64,000 bases of DNA from the human T2T-CHM13v2.0 reference genome, Homo sapiens, in NCBI RefSeq assembly GCF_009914755.1, contig NC_060934.1; one strand, 5' to 3'. Position 1 is the first letter of the stretch; every line of letters begins with the position of its first letter. The notes under the pieces are model-generated. The model worked only from the letters and a program-made list of their open reading frames with translations, ran no database searches and was not told the DNA's origin. This document shows, in pieces, positions 45,680-59,465 of this stretch. The position numbers and the translations under genes were made by a program.

Positions 45680-46449
45680 CTTGTCTAAAGTGCTTAGAAC
45701 AGTGTCGAGTACATAGCAAGTACCTTGTAAGTGTGTGTTAAATAAATTTCTTAGAGGTAATGCTTGAGGCCTTAGGGGAGGCCTGGTTGGTCAGTCTGTT
45801 GCCAGATTTGCCATCCACATCTCAGACTGCCTCTGGCTGCCCCCAACCCTCCAAGATTCCAGATCCTGCCAGAGCCTGTGTTTTGCCAACCTAAGCATCA
45901 ACACATGTAGTGGGTGGGGGAGGGGAATGTCCCCTCAATATCTGCCTGCTTGTCCTTCCTTACTCATGCTTTAGGGTTGGGGCTAGTACCAGGGATCTAG
46001 GCCTGTGGCTGAGGGGGTTGGGGGACAGATTGAGAATCTTTGGGCCTTCATGTTCACTTGCTCTTTGACCAGGTTTGGCAGGAGGACAAGGTTGTTGTGA
46101 TGGAAGGGAAACTTGTGTAGGAACTTGGTGCCTTGAGAGCCAGTGGTGTATACACATGTCCTTATGCACAGAAAGCTACACCAGACCTTGAGCCACACTG
46201 TGTCACAGTCTTAGCTCTTAGCCATAGAACCCAAGCCACCAATGGGGTGAGTTCTTGCTCAAAGACCGTGGTTCTTCCATTACCTCTTTGCTTCTGTTGC
46301 TGTCTCCCTCCATTTCCAGCTTAGGGCCCCTGTGTAAATGATTCCCCCATGATTCCTTCATTGGGACAGGGACTTGGAGGCATTGACATAAGAAAATGAA
46401 ATGATTCAGTTAATTTCCACAACACATACTTTTTTTATTGTAGTTTTGC

Positions 46450-46880
46450 TCTTTTTATTTTTTTAATTGACACATAATAATTGTACATATTTGTGGTGTA
46501 AATAGTGATATATACATGCAATGTATGGCGACCAGATCAAGGTAATTAGTGTATCTGTCATCTCAAATATATATCTTTTTTTGCATTGGAAGCATTCAAT
46601 ATCCTCTCTTCTGGCTGCTTGAAAATATATATTATTGTGAATATGGTCATCCTGCAGTGCTATAGAGCACTAGAACTTATTCCTCTTATCTATCTGGAAT
46701 TTTGAATCCTTTAACAAATCCCTCCCTTTCGGCTTCTAGTAACCTCTGTTTTACTTTTTACTTCTATAAGATCAACTTTTTTTAGCTTCCACATGTGAGG
46801 GAGAACACGCAATGTTTAACTTTTTGTTCCTGGCTTATTTCACTTAACATAATGTCCTCCAGTTCCATCCATGTTGCCAA
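46450..46880 (-). mobile_element. L1MA 3'UTR fragment
   Basis: ttaattgacacataataattgtacatatt...tggcttatttcacttaacataatgtcctccagttccatccatgttg. Confidence 0.85.
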
Positions 46881-47054
46881 GACACAATAGATTTTTATTT
46901 CTTACAAGTATGTGTGTGCGTGTGTGTTTGTGTTTGTGTGTGATGTGATGTGATGTGATGTGTGAGCCACAGCTGCCTCATCCACAAAAGGGGAATACTA
47001 ATCTTGTCCTTCTTTCCTTACAGGGTGTTAAGATAATGAAAGGAGATTTTTCTC

Positions 47055-47340
47055 AGCCGGGGCACGGTGGCTGATGACTGTAATCCCAGCACTTTGGGAG
47101 GCCGAGGCAGGTAGATCACCTGAGGTCAAGAGTTCAAGACCAGCCTGGCCAACATGGTGAAACCCCATCTCTACTAAAAATACAAAAAGTAGCCAGGCGT
47201 GGTGGTGGGCACCTGTAATCCCAGCTACTTGGGAGGATGAGTCAGGATAATCACTTCAACCCAGGAGGTGGAGGTTGTAGTGAGCCAAGATCGTGCCACT
47301 GCGCTCCAGCCTGGATGACGAGAGTGAAAAAAACAAAAAA
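47055..47340 (+). mobile_element. AluS
   Basis: Dimer; TSD gagatttttctc. Confidence 0.94.
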
Positions 47341-47734
47341 GAGAGAGAGATTTTTCTCTACAAACATTTGGTATTGCTAATGCCTGGGACCCTGGAGCCA
47401 AGAACTCTCATTTGACAACTCTGGTTGCTCTTGGACATGCAGCAGCACAAGGGTATAATTAGGAAGGGAGGGTCATAAGGAATCTGAAGGAGCATTGCTG
47501 GGGGTTAGATATCCATTTCTCCTCACTGCAGAAGAGGACACAGGAAGGCTGTCCCCCAAGGGCATCTGCTGCGGTGCTGCACATGTGTGTTTGGGCAAAT
47601 ACATGTGTACATAGGTCCACACTAGAGAAATCAGTGTACACTCATGGCAGGCCCCAGAGAGGTGTGACAGGGCATTTTGGGGATGAGCCCACAGTGGGAT
47701 ACAAAAAAAGGACATAGAGTTCTCTATGTGCATT

Positions 47735-48220
47735 GCAATGGTTAAAGGACCAAGGTAAGTTTGGAGTTATAATACCCAGATAAGGCTCTCAGCTCTACCA
47801 CTTCCTGCCCAGTGTAACTCTGGGCAGCCTCATTAACCTCTCTGCCTCAGCTGCCTCATCGGTAAAATGGGATAATAATGGTGTCTAACTCATAAGGTTC
47901 ATAATGTGACCTGAAATATTTATCTCAGTGCCTGGCAGGTAACAAGTTCTCTATAAATACTGTCATTGATGGCAGTGATGCTGTTGTCATCATGATTCCT
48001 CCCCTCTTCCAGGAAGAGGCAGTGTGGTGTTCTGGCCTGTGAGTTAGAGGGACCTGGGTTAAAATCGAAGCTTCACCACTAACCAGTTAGTTAACCAGTT
48101 GTATAAACTTGAGCAGCCACACTTTAATCCAAATGAGCTTCGGCTTCCTCGTCTGTATAATGGAGTCTTTAACACCTACTTCAAAGGGACAGCCTGTGAG
48201 GATCAGAGTTTATGCACATG
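47735..48220 (+). mobile_element. Two tandem MIR copies
   Basis: ctctgcctcagctgcctcatcggtaaaatgggataataatgg and gagcttcggcttcctcgtctgtataatgg. Confidence 0.7.
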
Positions 48221-48460
48221 TGGCTCAAAAGCCATAGCTGGCCTTTAGCCAGGTTTGCTCAGCCTGCACTGTAAATAGGTAAGTCATGTGGTTAGTGCAA
48301 AAGTTAAAACATACCAAAGGGGATACAGGGAAAAACAGTCTTCCTTCCACCTCTGCCACATTCCTTAAGGCAATCACTTTCCAGAACTAGTCTATGCAGG
48401 TGCATGTGTATGTGTTCTCTTTTTCTCTCTAATGAATGGTACCTTACACATTGTCCCATG

Positions 48461-48462
<2 letters not shown>

Positions 48463-48497
<35 letters not shown>
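48463..48497. repeat. (TA)n microsatellite
   Basis: Perfect TA run. Confidence 0.97.
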
Positions 48498-48499
<2 letters not shown>

Positions 48500-49316
48500 A
48501 AAGAAATCCAAGATAAATAAAGTTGATCTCATCTCATAGAGATCAACTTAATTTATCTTGAGCTCTTTCCATATTTATATGTGAAAAGTCACTTCACTCT
48601 TGGTTAAGGCTGCCCAGTATTCCCCTAAATAGATGTATTATAAGTCATTTAAGCAGGCTCCTAGCTGTGAACATTTTGATTACTTCTAATTTGCAAATAA
48701 AGCTGCAATGACTATCCTTTCACATTCATCATTTGATCATCTGCCCAGTTAGGTTGTTTCTTTTAAAAAAAATTAAGTACTTTCCAATGGATTTCAAATA
48801 CAAATCAATATTTTTGGTTGCTCTTTAAAGGTCAGACAACTTGGCATCACTGACTGCCACTCCTGCTTGGCAACAGTCTCCAGAGTTGAGGAACTACATC
48901 CTTTAAAGAACCCTTTCCTTTCCAGTTGTTCTAGAACCCCCCTCCCTGTTGTCTTCCCAACTCCTCCTGCCCCTACAGGCGTCTGCATGCATGAGCCCCT
49001 GGTAAGACTGAGAACATATGCAAATAGTGCCTGGAATGAAATAAATACTCAATAAATGCTATTATTACTCTTGCATGAGAAATCACTCATCTACAGTTTT
49101 GAAAATGAGCCTGTTTTAGGGACACAGATTTATGTGTCACGCATGTGTGGATGGGTTGCATTCTTAGAGTGTGTAGGAAACTGGTGATCCAAACAAGAAG
49201 TGCCAGTACTCAGAGGCCCCATACCTGCACCTTCCACAGCTCTGGAAGGAAGAGGGAATTCTTTCACATATATCCTGTCTCATTTAACAAAATGAAGACT
49301 AATCTGCTGGCTAGAT

Positions 49317-49512
49317 CTGTGCTGGCCAATACAGTAGCCATTAGCCACAATTATACTACATAATTTAATTTAATAAAATTAAAAATCAGTTCCCCAGTCA
49401 CACTTGCTTCATTTTAAGTGCTCAATAGCCACATGTGGCTGGTGGCTACCATACTGAACAGTGAAGATACAGAGCACTTGCACCATCACAGAAAGTTCTA
49501 TTGGACACCCTG
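49317..49512 (-). mobile_element. MER3 (hAT-Charlie)
   Basis: aagtgctcaatagccacatgtggctggtggctaccatactgaacag...catcacagaaagttctattggaca. Confidence 0.85.
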
Positions 49513-49739
49513 CTGCAGACTGTAATCTTCATAGAGGTAGGGACTGGGTATCTCTTGTCCATCACTGTAATTCTCATGTCAGGCAAAGAGCCGGCACAGA
49601 GAAGGCACTCGGTAACGTTTTTTGAATTAATAACTGATGAATGAATGAATGAACCAACCAATACCGGCAGGAGACACAAATATAGGCTCCTCCACAGTAG
49701 CCCACTGAGGCAGCCTTTTTGGGGAAAGTGGGGGGATGA

Positions 49740-50143
<404 letters not shown>

Positions 50144-51279
50144 TTATGGATGGTTGTTGGAGTCAGGAACCTGTGTTCTGAACATCCCTGTTATCCCTTT
50201 TTGTGAGGTATTCCCTCCTTAGAGTCTGAATAAAAGCCCCTTCTGAAATGTCCTAGTGTCTGCAGGCCTGTCCTAGGGAAGCCTCATTGACCTCTGAAGG
50301 TCAGGGCAGAGCAAGGAGGGCTCTTCCAGGAGCTGGATGGGACAGCTGAGATCTTGCTGGTTCCAGGGAAACTCAAGCCACAAGTTGTTCCAGGAGCTGT
50401 GGTGCCTGGCATGTTCTCATCTGAAGGGTATGTGTGTGCTGAAAGAGAAAGAGAAATGCAGGAGAAGTAAATGGAGATTGAGGGGAATGGGGTGGATAAT
50501 CCAGATATGAGGACAGGAGAGGTCGGTTTGTAGATGTGCACACCTGTGTGTTGGGAATGTATGTATCTTCCTGCACCTATGTGTGTCTGTACATATTGGG
50601 GGGCTATGTGTGTGGTAGGGAACTGTGTACATATTGTGGGTTGTGTGCCGTGTTGAGGGGGGCTGTGTGTCTATGAGGAGGGCTGCATGAGTATGATTAG
50701 GGAGCTGTGGGGTAACCTGTATCAAGGGCTGTGTGTGTTGGGGGCTGCATGTGTATTAGGGGTTGTGTGTGTGGTGCGAGTGTGGTGTGAGGTGACTGTG
50801 TATATGGGGAGCCTGTGTGGTGTGTTGAGGGCAGTGAGCTGTAGTGTGCGATGGGCACGTACACATCTCTCCTGTGGCCCCACTTAATTTCCTCAGACTC
50901 TTGGACTGGGCCCAAAGTGACCCCTCCAATGATCCTGGGGAACCCCACTTTGGAACACCTCCCCAGTCCATGAGGGGAGGCTCAAGCTGCTCTGTCCCAA
51001 ATAGCGCCTCTGGTTTTTTGGTTCTGCCAGGGAAATAGAAGATGAGGCCGTGGGAAGACAGCAAAGACCCAGAGAAACAAGCAGAGCTGGAGACAAAGAT
51101 AGGGAAGGAAGGGAGACCCAAACCTGGAGAGAGAGAGAAAACTGAGGGGGAAGGGGGAAGAAGCAAGAGTAGATCAAAGGCGAGGGAGAGATGAGAGGGA
51201 GAGAGAGAGAGAAAAGAGTGCAGGAGAGAGATTGATGGGAAGTTGGAGGGGGGAGTGGGGAAGAGCGGAGGGGGAAGCA

Positions 51280-52210
51280 GAGCCGGTGGATCAAAGGCCA
51301 GAGAGGAGGCCCGCGAGGTGGGGGGCGGGGCGGGGAGGAAGGGACGAGGGGAGGGGGCTCGATGGGGGAATTGCCGGGCGGGCGCTCGGGCGCTCCGAGC
51401 TGCGCGGCTCCCCGGGGAGACCGCAGACACTTTGCGGAGATGTTACTCCGGAGTTGGAGACGATGATAAATATGATAATTTGTATAAAATCTGAATGGGT
51501 CTTGTTTTCAGGGAGAATGCCTTGGATGATGAATGGGCCCGGCTTTCAGATAGATGGCTGATAAAAAGTGTATTGGATTGTTGAGAGCGATTTTAATTCT
51601 CATTCTGTACCTGCAGATGCCGCGGCCGCCGCGCCCGGCCTCCTCCTCCCTCCTGCCCACTGCGCGGGGCGGACGCCGGCCCGGCCGGCCTCGGCGGCTC
51701 AGGAGGCTTCTGAAATGACTCTAATTACAGAGTTATTAATTTTAAGAGGAGGGTGAGCGGGGGGTTTATGATTATTAATCGAGCGCCCGAGCTCGGCGGG
51801 CGGGGCTTGGCGGGCCGCGGGCTAGCGGCGCTCGGAGTGCGGAGGACGCGCGGGGCCCCGGGGCGGCTCCAAGCCCGGCGGGCTCCGCGGCGGCGGCGAC
51901 CAGGCTCGCTTCCCACTTGGGCTGCGGGCGGCATGGTCCCTCTGCGCCCATCCGGCTCTCCTCACCCCTGCCAGTCTCCGACCCGGCCGTCCAACGTCCC
52001 TCCCTGGCCGGCTCGCCTGCGCAGCCGAGCATCAGGCTCCGCGCCGGGGTAGGCGAGCAGGTCCCCAGCCCCAGGCCCGCAGCTGTAGGCCGGTGAGGAA
52101 CAGCTCTGCTAGAGAAAGCGCACCCCACCCCCACCCCCAGCTCCCAACTCCCACAGGTGTCGAGGATTGCCGTGAACCCCGAGCCTGGGACTGGCGCAAG
52201 TGCGGGCTGC
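51280..52210. promoter_or_regulatory. CpG-island-like block with two AT-rich cores (51440-51615, 51705-51785)
   Basis: Dense CpG and GC boxes; cores with GATAA, TAATT, ATTAAT. Confidence 0.85.
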
Positions 52211-52888
52211 TTGAAAGGCATGATCATGACAATGACGCTTATGAGGCCCTTACTGTGTGCCAGGAACTGTGCTGGGAGCTCTGAGGCTTTACTTTCTCCA
52301 TGCAGAAGGGATGAGGCTTCCCACTTCTCAGATGAGGAAACTAAGACTTAGAGAAGCAACTTGTCCTTGGGAAGGTATAAATGTACTTCAAGGGTACCCT
52401 GTTCCCCACCCCTCCCCCTCCCCCATACACACAACACTTTTCCTTGACAGGAAGAGCCAGGGAGGGGCGGCAAGACAGAAAGCGCTTCTCTCTGATTTAC
52501 ATGCATCCAGTCACCTCCACCCCCAGTGTCTGCTCTGAATGCCTTGGCCTATGGCCTGACACCCTGTCCGTCTTAGAGGGAGGGTTTTCAAAAGCTTGGA
52601 CTGCAAGCTAGGAAGGCAGACCTCCAAAAGGAGTGCGTCAATGGTTTGGCTCCATGATACTAGCACTTTGAGAGTAGTATCTGCTGAGCTACGGTGACTC
52701 TTTTAAAGAATTCAAAGGTCATCTCAAGAGGCCATTCAGTCTTACTTGGTGAGGAAATGCTTACATTCCAGTAAAAAATGAGACCCTTCAAAAACAAGCC
52801 CTGGACTCTCCTCCCCCAACACACATATTTTCATTCCTACTAATTCTGGTCTCCACAGAACTGAATCATTTCAGAACTTCAACTTCTA

Positions 52889-53263
<375 letters not shown>

Positions 53264-54029
53264 AGAAGGAAGAACTACAGGGCAGTTCTAGGATATGGGA
53301 TGGGGGCAGCTCTGGCCACAGTGAGGTCACTTCTGAGGCTGGCCACAGTGCCTGTTGTGTGGACACAGGAGCTTGTAGACAGGATGGGCTCATGGGCAGG
53401 GTCCTCTGTGCTCTGCAGTTCCCAGGGACCTTGGCCAGTCTCATGGAGGATCTGTATGGGACAACCCAGGTCAGGCCTGCATGTGGCCCATCAGGATCTG
53501 TCTAGGGAATTCTTGCTGTGGCTGGTGTTGAGGATCAGGGCCCACTTAGGCCTGATCAGAGGCTAAGCCCAGCTGGGACAGGGCATGGAGAGGAGACACC
53601 CATAGTGACGCTGCAGGCCTGGAAGCTGGGAGGGCCTGAGGGCATCTTGGAGAGGGGCAAGGCCTGACTGGGAAAAATCAATCTCTCAACACAAAAAACA
53701 CTTCTTGGGGTGGGGGCCCTAGAGTTTCCTGAAGGGCTGAGTGAGGGCTGGGAGGCCCTGCAGCCTCACAGTCTTGGCTAGTCTGCCTGCAGCAGTCAGA
53801 TCTGAGTTATCTGATTTAGAGGCCCTGGGCAGAGAAAATAGCAGAGTATGGAGGGAGTGAAAGAGGACTGGCATGAGGATCTGGAAGGCAGGGGGTGGGG
53901 GGCTCCTGTGTTTCACCAGCTGATGTCCTTAAAGAGTCCTCTCAGCCAGACAAAATGGTTTCTTGCCCTCTGACTTCTCTCTGGGGACTAGGAGTATCTA
54001 ATATAGCATATGCTTAAAGAGTGTAGGTT

Positions 54030-54260
54030 AGGGAGGCAGTAGGTGGCAAAGGTAGGATCTGAACCTAACCTTTGCCACCTACTCACTGTGTGATTGTGGG
54101 TAAGCTACTGAAGCTCTCTGTGCCTCAGTTTTCCCATCTGTAAAATGGGATTCATGACAGTAGGTGAGAGTTAAAGGAATTACTATATATAAAGTCCTCA
54201 GAACAATATCTGACATGCGGTCAGCCCTCAGACATGTTAGTTGTTTTGTTGTTATTATCA
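54030..54260 (+). mobile_element. MIR
   Basis: ctctctgtgcctcagttttcccatctgtaaaatggga. Confidence 0.8.
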
Positions 54261-54453
54261 TTAACCTTGTTCCAGTGGAGTACAAGGCCTTTCCTCTTGT
54301 TGACAACTTTTCCAGAGCATCATTACATTACTGCTCTTTGTACCCCTGACACCCTGTACCTGTGCAGGAGACAAAGCTCAATCAATGCATGAAGAAGTCC
54401 AAGGCTTGGGTGGGGGTAGGGAATGAAATAACATGATGAAATGTGTTATTTAA

Positions 54454-54794
<341 letters not shown>

Positions 54795-55432
54795 AACAAT
54801 TCTATAAAGCAGAAATTCTTGTCCCCATTTTACAGACGTGAACACTTAGGCAGAGTGAGTTCAAGGGATTTGCCCAAGGTCACATAGCTGGTACATTTCA
54901 GATCTGAGAAAGGTGGAGTCCACCTCCAGACTGCTGACTCCATCTTCTACCCTTGGGTGCTGCTTTCTCAGATGTCTTGGGATTAGTGAGAAGTTATCAT
55001 CTTCTATAGTGTGCATTGTTCTATGAGACTGCCCGGTAAAGGGTGCATGAGGTTGGGAGAAAAACCCATTTGTCAAGTGAGACAGGACATGTGGGTTTCC
55101 ACTTCACAACCACTACAGGTGAGGATTTGCAAGGGAAGAGAGTTGGAGGGTACAGGGGAGGAATCAGAATTGAGATGAAATTCACCCAGAAACCTAGGTT
55201 GACCTTAATTTAGCATCTCACCCTGCAACACACATACACACACACAAAATCTGTGACCATCTTGTTTCTGCCTCTCTCATCTAATGCTTCTGTATCCCTT
55301 AGACTTTTTTGAGGCCTCACATCTTCTTTTGCAGACCACTCACTCAGTCTCTGATGCTCTCTCTACCTACAGCTCATTGTCCATAGAGTCCCCTCCAAAT
55401 CAGATCTTTTCATTCCTCTGTTGAAAAAATCT

Positions 55433-55754
55433 CCCAGGCAAGGCATAGTGGGTCACTCCTGTAATCTCTGCTTTGGGAGGCCAAGGTGAGAGAATTGCTT
55501 GCCTTCAGGAGTTCAAAGCCAGCCTGGGCAACATAGCAAGACCTCATCTCTACAAAACATTAAAAAATTAGCCAGGTGTGGTGGCATGTACCTGTAGTTC
55601 TAACTACCCGGGAGGCTGAGGTGGGAGGGTTGCTTGAGCCTGGAAGGTTGGGGATGCGAGGAGCTGTGATAGTGCCACTGCACTTGGCCTGGGTGACAAA
55701 GTGAGACCCTGTCTCAAAAACAAAAACAAAACAAAGCAAGCAAACAAACAAAAA
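55433..55754 (+). mobile_element. AluJ
   Basis: Diverged dimer, agcctgggcaacatagcaagacc, (CAAA)n tail. Confidence 0.9.
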
Positions 55755-55759
55755 ATCTC

Positions 55760-56225
55760 TCAATTGCATCCATGACCTAAAGGAGAAAAGCAAATCCTTA
55801 GCAAAAGTTCTCCTTGCTCTAGGCCTTGCCAACCTCCCAGCCTTATTTCCCTTACTTGACCCATATATTGGCTTCACAGAATCCTTTTTGCTTCCCCAGC
55901 TAGGTAGGCTGTTGCCCCCTCCCCATGCCTTTATCTTGATGCTCCTTCTGCCTAGGAATATTTCACCTGCTTAGCTCCTGCATTTAGTGGACATCTACTG
56001 ATCTTGCAAAACCCCATTCCCTTTATGAAGTGTTCCCTGACACTCCCAATTACCTTTCTCTGTATCCCAGTCACCTTTATCTTGACACTTTCCTGGAATT
56101 TATTGGTTGATAGCTCTCTCTCTTTCTCTTTGCAACCAGGTAATGTCTTCCTTGAAAACAAGGCCAGTGTGTGATTTACCTCTCTAGCCCCATTGTCCCA
56201 GTCCAGGTTTACTGACTGACTGGTG
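55760..56225 (+). mobile_element. L2 fragment
   Basis: gatgctccttctgcctaggaat...cttccttgaaaacaaggccagtgtgtgattt. Confidence 0.5.
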
Positions 56226-56479
56226 CCCTGATTCTTTGAGTCAGCCCAGCTCAGTCTCTGCCTTCCTACTTCCAAAGAATTCTGGTCTAGGCATCAGTTG
56301 CATTCTGTCTCCGTGCAGAAGTAGGAACTGATTGAGCTGCCAGTCTCCTTCCTGGAGGTTTTTCTGTTTTGTTTTGTTTGTTTTTCCACTCGTCTAGTCC
56401 AGCTCTGCAGCTGACCCACCAGCCAATGCCAGAGGAGGGGACAGGAGGAGAGAGGAGGAGCAGAGTGGGTTGGACCAGG

Positions 56480-59020
56480 TCGACCCAGAAGTCTCAAAAG
56501 GCTGGAAAATTTCAGGGCGTTTGTCATCCCAGGGCCGCCTAGTGGGCAGGGAAGTCTTCCACTCTGTGATCTCGGTCTCACTCATACCGGAGCCTGCAGC
56601 GGCCCTGTTGCGGTCTCAGTCTTCAGCCCGACATCATGGGGGCGCCAAAGCACAGGGGCTCAAAATGGTGAGGCCGGGGAACCGGGCGCTCCCATCTCTG
56701 TCTACGTAGATACCTAGTCAAACCGAAGGGGGAAGCTTCCTAGCATCCTTAAGCCCTCCTTTCCATCCGGTCTGCATTTCCACTTTTCATTGCAATCTGC
56801 TTCTCTTCTGCACCGCCCCCTCTCCTCCCCCACCCTTCTCCCGTCCCTTTTCCTCCCCACCCCACCCCTGCCCCCGCTTCTTTCTCCTCTTCTTTCTTCC
56901 TCTCTACCCTCTGGCCTGGGGACACCGGTGCTGGAGCAGACCCTGGGAACGGGCAGAATCTGAGCCGCGTCTCTGAGTCGCAGTGGGAAGGCGGCTCAGG
57001 AAATGCGCCCTCCGCTGGCGCTGGGTCGCGGTTCTGGCTGCGTTACTTTTTCCTTGCATCTGTGGCCCGGCGCGCCAGCCTGGACACTAGATCCGCAAGA
57101 AGGGAGTTTTCCCAGGGCCGGCTGAAGAATGAGAAGTCCGAGCTGCGGGGACGTTGGGGGTCTGTGCTTAGCGGCCACAGCCTGCCCACCACGGGTTCCC
57201 GCCACCCCGCCTCCCCACCTCCCTTCGCGCCAGGGCTGAAAGTCCCAGGCGCCCAATGCGTGCCCAAGAACGAGCCGTGAACCTTTTATCTACCCGTCCC
57301 CTTCCCCGCCATGGACCCAGGACGACACCCCACACCCAGACACCACTCTTTCCAGGGGCAGATGCTCCGGCGCGCCCCGCGCCCTGAAGTTCAACTTGGA
57401 ATCCAGGTCCGCGCGGGACCCCGCCTAGCGCCCCAAGCGCACAGGCTGAGCGCCCCGCCCTGGCCTCCTGGGCCTGCGGCCTCAGCGCGAGAGCCCTGGC
57501 CCCCTTCCCGCCGCGGGTCGCGGTCGGGAAAGCGCGCCCTGCAAGGGGGTTTTGTAGATAAACAAAAGCGTTTGCTCTTCTGGTTTTCTTTTATTTTCTT
57601 TATTCGCCTGTCCCTTCCTTCTTAATCTCCCTCTTCGCTCTTGTTTCTTTAACTTATTTCCCTTCCTCATTTTCCCTTTCTTTTCGTTCGCTTTTCCTTG
57701 TCACTCTCCTTCTTGTTCTCTTCTGTCTCTTTCTGTATCTCCCTCTTCCATTTTGGCCCCTTCTCTGCCTCTGGGTTTCCCTTTCCCGGGCCCCTCACTC
57801 TTCCTGGGCTAGGATTGCGCCGTCTCCCTGCATCATTTTTCCTGGCTCCGCTGCCTCTTTCTCACTTTTTCGTTCTCCCGGCGGCCACCGTCTGGCGGGC
57901 TTGGGTCCGGCTCCCCCGCCGCCGCAGTGATTTATTCGCTTCACCCGGCGGAATCAGGTGCTGAACCGAGCCCCGGAACGAGAGAACAGATTTCTCCCAG
58001 GAAAGGTTTTGTGAACTAAACGATGCTAATTACGGGGTGGGGGATGCGTCGCCCGGGAAGGGGAGGCGCGCGGGGCCGAGCGCGGCCTGGGAGGGGAGAG
58101 ACCGGGGCTGGCCGAGGCCCTCCCGGGGCGCCTCCCCTGCACCTCTCGCCCTGGCTTTCGCCTTTCCCTGGGAACTTTCCCGTCTGAGTTAACTATTAAC
58201 CACCGGCGAGAGGCAATTTTCTTCGGAATTTCAGCGATTTCCTTTTCGCAGTGGACTCAGATTAGCACGCAAACAGTGAGATGCTCGGCTTGAGTCTACG
58301 CGCGGGCGAAGATGCCTCTGTCGCCTCAAACAGTGTCCTTCGCGACGGCGGAAAACTACAGCCCGCCCCCGCTCCCGTGCCTGCTCAGGAAGCCGTGACC
58401 AAGCCAGTGCCCGCCGGTGCCCGGAGTGAAGGTGGAAAAAGCCGAGTGCTCCTGCTCGGGGGCGGGGTTGAGAGGGGGAGATTAATCCGGGCAAGCCAAG
58501 GGGACCTTAGACTTGCAGCCAGGGCCGCCACCCGAGGAGCCCGCATGCAGGGACGCGCCTGAAGGCTTAGTCAAACCCGGGGAAATGCCCTCCCCCGCCT
58601 GCAGAATCCCCACGCCGTCTCTTACTTCCTCCCTCTTTGCCACTGGCGAGCTTACACGTGCACACACACACACCCCTCTCTGTCTGTGACCGCAACAAAC
58701 TTTGTGAAACTTGAACCGCTGGGTGCAAAGTTCACGCCCTTTTCTCCTTTCCTCTCTTGCCTGGGCCGGCTCCTCCTGGAGCAGGGAGGGAAGAAGTTCT
58801 TGGCCTCCAGACCTGGGAGAGGAGTTTCCGAAAGTCAGGGCCTCGCCTCGCTGTGACATTAGACCCTTGCCACCCACCAGACCGATGGACACTAAACACT
58901 TTCCTTGTCGGAAGGCGCTAGTAGTTGCAGCGGCCAGGCTTGGCAGGGCCCTGGTCGACCACCCCACCACTGCCCTGGCCGGACTTTCCCAGGGCGTTGG
59001 TCTCCTGGTCCCTATTAAGT
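56480..59020. promoter_or_regulatory. Extended CpG-island-like domain (interrupted by CT-rich tracts at 56750-56910 and 57570-57860)
   Basis: Sustained high CpG density with no Alu. Confidence 0.8.
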
Positions 59021-59249
59021 CGGGGCTGTCCTGGGCTTGGAGCCCAGGTTCAGGGCTGTCAGCCCCTTGCCAGCTGTCTGAGCTCTCTGCCTTTCTAGTT
59101 TATTTTCCCCCAGCTCTTGCCCTGGGTTAGCTCTCTCCCAGCCCTCCACTCTGTCTCTGTCTCCGACTCCATCTCTGGCAGGGCTGCCACTGTCTCTCTG
59201 TCTCTCTGTCTCTCCCTGTCTCTCTGTCTCTGTCTCTCTTGTTTGTTTC

Positions 59250-59465
59250 AAGGCGCGGACACTGATTGTGCCTTATGAAGTTCTAACTGGTTTTGTGTCA
59301 GGAAGATCTTTCTCGCCGCTACCCAGCCTGGCGTGACGGATTAAACATCAACTAGTTAAATAAAAATTAATATCAACTGCCTCCTAACTTCTAATGTCAT
59401 GTTGTTTATAACTAATGAACTGATTAGGGGATAAACACATCACGAAGACATTCCACTCTCCTGCC
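59250..59465. promoter_or_regulatory. Candidate conserved enhancer element
   Basis: AT-rich core with GCGTGAC-GGATTA, AATTAAT, TGTTTAT, CTAATG, TGATTAG. Confidence 0.5.
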
